NCBI GenBank assembly: GCA_013115145.1
Contig: JAAPAO010000077.1
Location: forward strand, 25,057-89,056
Reading direction: 5' to 3'
Length of the DNA stretch: 64,000 nt
DNA from: Perkinsus chesapeaki ATCC PRA-425
Lineage: Eukaryota > Protista > Perkinsozoa
Shown: positions 59,101 to 64,000 of the stretch, piece by piece
Layout of the letters: the number at the start of each line of letters is the position of its first letter
Position numbering within the stretch: the stretch's first letter is position 1
Translations under genes and position numbers: made by a program
Notes under the pieces: generated by a model
Database searches by the model: none
Seen by the model: the letters and a program-made list of their open reading frames with translations, nothing else
Told to the model about the DNA's origin: nothing

Positions 59101-62100
59101 GTCTATCATAATCTAAGGGCATCAAGTGTTGCACGTATGAAAAGCGAGACGGAGGGAGAGCCTTGAGCTCGATAACGATGACCGAAATACTCTATTATGG
59201 ATGAAAATAATGGCAATAGCGGAAATATAGGATCCTGTGGTGAAGGAAACAACCACTTCGGCAGGCGCCGTCCAATATGAGACTTCGGAAACGGGGAAAA
59301 TAGGACGCTTCAAATGTGATGACGTATCTTTCAATTACAAGTAAAGTCACCGTCGCAAAGGTGCTACGGTGGCGGCACCAACTCGAAATGCAAATGGTCT
59401 CCGCACTCAGTAATACAACTCCGTAACTTCTCATTTATTTGCCAGCTTACCTTCGGGTTTGGATGCTCTCCCCATCGCGCAGCAATCCTCAGCATCGGGC
59501 CGATCTCTCCGAGACCACCACAAGATAATTCCTGCTTCGCTCCGCCGCCGCCACTGCAGCCAACCGTCATATGAATATTATCGCCACGGAAGATGAAATC
59601 CGGCACGGGTGTTTCGCAGACATCATCGCCCTAATAACAAAGACCCTACCGAGTCTCAAAGCTCCGACTGTCGCTCACCCATCGCCTTGTCGTTCCTTGC
59701 CATGTTCCATCGACCGAGACGTCATACGTGAGGTCCAGCAAAGGCTCTCCGCCCGGGCGCTCGCATTCAAGCAAAAGTTCAGTGCTAACTTGAACCTAAG
59801 ATACGCTGCTATTTCACAGTTGCTGCCGTTGGGCCATACTTCTTGCTTCGGGTATTTACCCCACTGATGAGCGACACGAACGGCGCTGCCAGGGTCTTGA
59901 CATTTCAGCACGACAGCGTCTTTGCCACCACAGTCGATCTTCACGTGGAATTCTTGCTCAAGGTCGATATCCTCGGGAGCATCAGTCACAGCAGCGCATT
60001 CTAAAGGATCCTTCATGGAGGCGAACTGCAAAAAGGGAATTCGAGCGTCTTCTATACGACCATCGGCCTACAGTCAAATGGCGAGAAGTCTCATCGTAGT
60101 AGGCACCGGTGAGCTCCGCGGACTGGGCACCGATCTCAGCCTCCTTGCAACTCTCAATCACATCAGCAGGCAAACCGATCTGAAGGGGAGATGACCCAGG
60201 TTCGATCCACAGAAACGGTATTTCTACCCCCGATTTCTCCTTGTCGCCCCATCCATGAGCGAACAACTGAGCCCATTCGAGGCCATCACACCTCACTCGG
60301 GTGACCTTCTCTCTGTTCGGACCACAGTCAGCAGTCACAACGTAACCGCCTTGCCCGCTCATCATGATCGGTTTCGTCACGGCGTCACATTCCAGAGGAT
60401 TTCCGGCATCGTACTGAAAAAAATCTCGAGACCTCTCTCAGGATCTCGAAAGCTCACCGGAAGTTCTCGCTGCGCCACAATTCTCGAGGCTCCAATAGGA
60501 CCACCGCAGTGCTCCATAATCGGGTCATCAATTCGCACCTATCACAACTTTGACAATCGATCCAGCCGACCCCGCCCTACTCTAGCATCGGACTTGCCGA
60601 CCCACCACTTCGAGACGAAGAGTGTAGTGGCCACATCACCACAGTTCAGATGATCGAACGCGATGCACTGGTCGTTTTTGCACTCGGTCGCTGTGGCGTT
60701 GAATTCAAGCTCGACCCAGAAGTGCCAGGCACGGTAGACCGGATCGTCATCTTCACTGTTGATGATTTCCCGTCTGACTTCCTGAAAAAAAAGCATGAAA
60801 AATGCAAAGTGTGGACGCAGTAATGGAGATTAAGAGTTCTAACCTATTTCCAACATGAATCGGGAAGTTTCGAAAAACAAGCTTGACTAGAAAATTTTGC
60901 TGAGAATTCCTCAAAGCTACTAAACGAAGTAAAACGCTAAGATATCGTAACAGAGCCAAGATGGACCTCACCTGACTGTTGCGCTGCCGTTCGAGCAAAC
61001 TGCTTGCCTTCGGTGGGACGAGATCGTCACCTTCTAGAGAAACCTGAATGAAAACATTCATTGGCAAAATTTTCGCGTCTTCGACTCACCCCGGTGGTAA
61101 CAGCTGGCTTCCAGGAGGCTGGCCAAGTCTGACAGAAAAGCACACTGAAGCTCCAGTAGCAGCAGCGGGCTCTACGAGTGATCGGGCACCTGTGGTGCCA
61201 TCCGTATTGATGCGAATGGATGCACGCAAAGGAGACATCCCGCCAGTCTTTGACTTGCATTTCTCAACCTCGGGAACGATTACCTAACCGATTCACTCGG
61301 AAAGTTTCACCCAAAAACGTTCCCTACCTCTCGAGTGCGCAGGCCGAAGAACGTGGAAACATCCACGGCGTTGCCCGGCAGAGTGCAACTGATGTCGACG
61401 TAGTTCTTGCGATTGCAGGGCAGCTTCAAGTTGTAGGCGGCATCCTCCTCAGTATTGACAAACAAGCTCGGCGGGGAGCTTGGTGCCACGCAGGTCTCCG
61501 TGGCTTTGTCGGGGAACTGAGGAGAAATAATACCATTAACGCATTTACGGGTCGAAGAGGTTCTCATGGTTGGTCTACGATACTGGTAATGTAACGAGTA
61601 TCAAAGTGGAATTTCACTGTAAAACCAACTTCAACGGGAAATTGAACGTCATTAGAAAGCCTTTTGACAGGGATGATCCTTAATTTCAGCGAGCGTATCT
61701 TCGAATATATAAGCTTCAATCCAACACCAAAAATATTGCTCACACTGAGCTGTATGAGACACAGCACGGACTGAGTCGGCTGAGCAGAGTTGGGAGAGAT
61801 AGCATTTGCGTACGCTGTCTATCTACAGGAGAATGCATCAGCTTTATAAGCTGAAATAATGCAGAGATAGCCAAGCACGGTGTCAGCCTCGACCCCGCCG
61901 GCGATGGACTTGAAACTCTCCGTGAGAGGCTATATAGAATGACGAGCAATGCTTACCACTATGCTTCTGAATCTATTCTCAACATTATACGTGATTGCTG
62001 ATATCTTCTCCATGTCTGACTTCTGACCAGCTCTCATCGCCGAACACGACGAATATAATGAAGGATCCAATAACATCTGAAATACGAGTAGTCACTATAA

Positions 62101-64000
62101 TACTGCTTACCACTGTTATATGAAAAGAAGTAGAGATAGCTCTATTTTCGCGACTCGGAGTAAACTGACGAAGAAGGATCCTCCCAACTCACCACTGGAC
62201 TATCCCAGCCACCCCAATTCCTGGCGAACTCTCGAACTGCATCAAAGCCATTGTCGCAGCTGATAGCTACCGATCCCTCTGCCTTCTGACCATCACATTG
62301 GGTCTTCACTTTCACGCTGTCATCAGATAATATCAACGGTGACTTCACGCCATAGTCACATTGGACCGCCTCACCGGACTGAATGAGAAGCACACTGAAA
62401 AGTTATCTCAACAGCTCGAAGAAGATTCCGTCATCCTTCAGCACACAATATAACTTGATGAAAATCCACGTCGTGATGCGACGCTTTTGAATTAGGGTGC
62501 AAATAAATCCTAATCCACAAATTTCAGGAAAGTCTCAAACATTTGCTGACCTTCAGATGAATTTCGTGGCGCAGTGACTAATGGCAGCAGCAGCAGCAGC
62601 AGAAGTCTTACCCATAAATATCGCTGGATCGTCGAGCCGTCACCGCTGACTCTGAGCCAGGCCGATTCGATCGTACCATCACCGATATTAGTAACAGTCT
62701 TACAGTGATCAACGATGTCTTGGTTAATCAATATCTATATAGGAAAGGCAATGATGGCCTTGACTTTACAATGCGAAATTATCTTCCTGCTTTCACGTTT
62801 CAAAATAGAGAGATTCGAACTTTTCGACTTGTGTGAAATTCTGTCAAATAGGATTAATAATTATCCTTTTTCGGAGACTTCAAATTCGTCACTGTTGACA
62901 CACAATAATCCTCCCATCGGTCGGGCCTTTCCGGAACATAGTTGGATTAATGCCATTAATGGGTAATATCAATCCCATCATTTCAAAACACCTCATATCT
63001 TTCCAATGTGAATCATGCACGCATGAAGCTCGGCCTAATGCTCACCTTAGGATTAGGATTCTCCCCCCACCGTGCAACAATCCTCAAAGTCTCCTTGATG
63101 CCCTCCAAACCGCCACAGCTCAACTTCACCGTCTCCGACCCGCACGATGCGGAAATGGAAATACTATTTCCAATGAACTTCAAATCTGGCACCGGTGTAG
63201 TGCATGTAAGCCCCTTATCCCCGGCAACCTGAACGACAGTAGCGCGCGCCCAGTTGATCGATTTGTATTCCTTACCCAGGATCTGGTAGTGCCTTCCCAT
63301 TTGCCATCTTCACTTACTTCGTACGTCAAAGAAGTCGTCCCAGACGAACCAGCGCATTTCGAAAGCAATTCCTTGCTCACTTGAATCTGCCAGTAAACCT
63401 TGTCACGCGCCACGAAATTACATTACTAACCTCTTGATTGGTGTAAGAGCCCCACAGGTGAGCCATTTTCACGGCAGCCCCCGGATCAGTGCACTTAATG
63501 ATGACATTTTTGGAGCTGCATGTCGTTGTGATGTGATACTCTCCCAGAAGATCCATGTCCTCGGGCGCCTCAGCCACAGCAGAGCAGGCCACCGGATCCT
63601 TCGATGAAGATACCTAGTTAAATCGAAATACGGTTTTTCTATCAGATTTTCCGCAATATGTTAACCGTCCTCACCATAAGCGTTCTCTTCTGTGAAGTAG
63701 GGTCATAAGCGGCACCCAACAGCTTGGCCGGAGCGCCACCGACGGTTACAGCCTCACACTTCTTGATGACATCAGCCGCAATGGAGATCTGCAGGCATAA
63801 AGCGATTCATGCAGGATCACGAAAATGTCGGAAATAAAAAAACATTACTATTACGGAGTTATGGAAGACAGTTTGATAGGAAATATGTTACTAGTGATAC
63901 GGAGGAGGAGATATAATAGAAAGGAAATTGATAGGAAATATGTTACTAGTGATACGGAGGAGGAGATATAATAGAAAGGAGTTTGATAGGAAATATGTTA
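53148..64000 (-). CDS. Large modular repeat gene (~17 Cys/Trp-Gly modules in the window, ~7-module higher-order repeat); 5' part beyond the window; could be split into >1 gene
   Basis: Homologous exon pairs recur, e.g. VRIDDPIM(K/E)HCGGP(L/I)GASR (56250, 60530); DPVYRxWxFW...WWxGKxDAR (56495, 60760); CDYG(I/V)KxPLI...EFAxNWGG (58900, 62370). Phase-0 introns sit at conserved positions. Confidence 0.6.
58654..58725 (+). tRNA. tRNA-Pro (anticodon AGG), antisense within an intron of the modular repeat gene
   Basis: GGCTGTG/CACAGCC acceptor, CTCGC-TTAGGGT-GCGAG anticodon arm, CCGAG-TTCAATT-CTCGG T-arm, 72 nt, close to the canonical eukaryotic tRNA-Pro. Confidence 0.95.
60180..60227 (+). pseudogene. 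tRNA 3'-end fragment, antisense within a 48-nt intron of the modular repeat gene
   Basis: GAC CCAGG TTCGATC CACAG AAACGGT A TTT. Confidence 0.6.
63871..64000. repeat. 55-bp minisatellite (>=2.3 copies, runs off the window), intronic
   Basis: TTGATAGGAAATATGTTACTAGTGATACGGAGGAGGAGATATAATAGAAAGGA.. starts at 63873, 63928 and 63983. Confidence 0.95.

Noticed and set aside
60953-60964. CCATCTTGGCTC (minus), part of the Perkinsus/dinoflagellate spliced leader as I recall it
   Set aside because: 12 of 22 nt only, not upstream of a start codon; compatible with chance.
63871-64000. Possible CRISPR array
   Set aside because: Head-to-tail repeats without unique spacers, eukaryotic intronic context, no cas genes.

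Overview
This is eukaryotic genomic DNA: gene-dense and rich in short GT-AG introns, many 41-70 nt. Gene content and style suggest a Perkinsus-like alveolate (inference). There is no prokaryotic operon, CRISPR array or transposase. Recognisable genes are a ~44-intron Brr2/SNRNP200 spliceosomal helicase (8.6-22.1 kb, minus), a TLC-domain membrane protein, cathepsin B, an HD-domain hydrolase, two tandem TMEM14 genes, an intronless aspartyl protease, a 2H cyclic phosphodiesterase, an ABCB half-transporter, a branched-chain aminotransferase, a duplicated small membrane-protein gene, and a large Cys/Trp-Gly modular repeat gene (53-64 kb) carrying an intact tRNA-Pro(AGG) inside an intron. The most striking pattern is in the introns. 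Ten sites in four genes carry the 3' end of a tRNA gene (variable loop, T-loop/B-box, 5+7 nt spacer, A73, oligo-T); nine are clearly intronic and one is ambiguous. Brr2 introns also share several other short modules, e.g. GCGGAGCGAAGCG immediately after five donors. Exon/intron boundaries were read by eye, and those of hypothetical genes are approximate.
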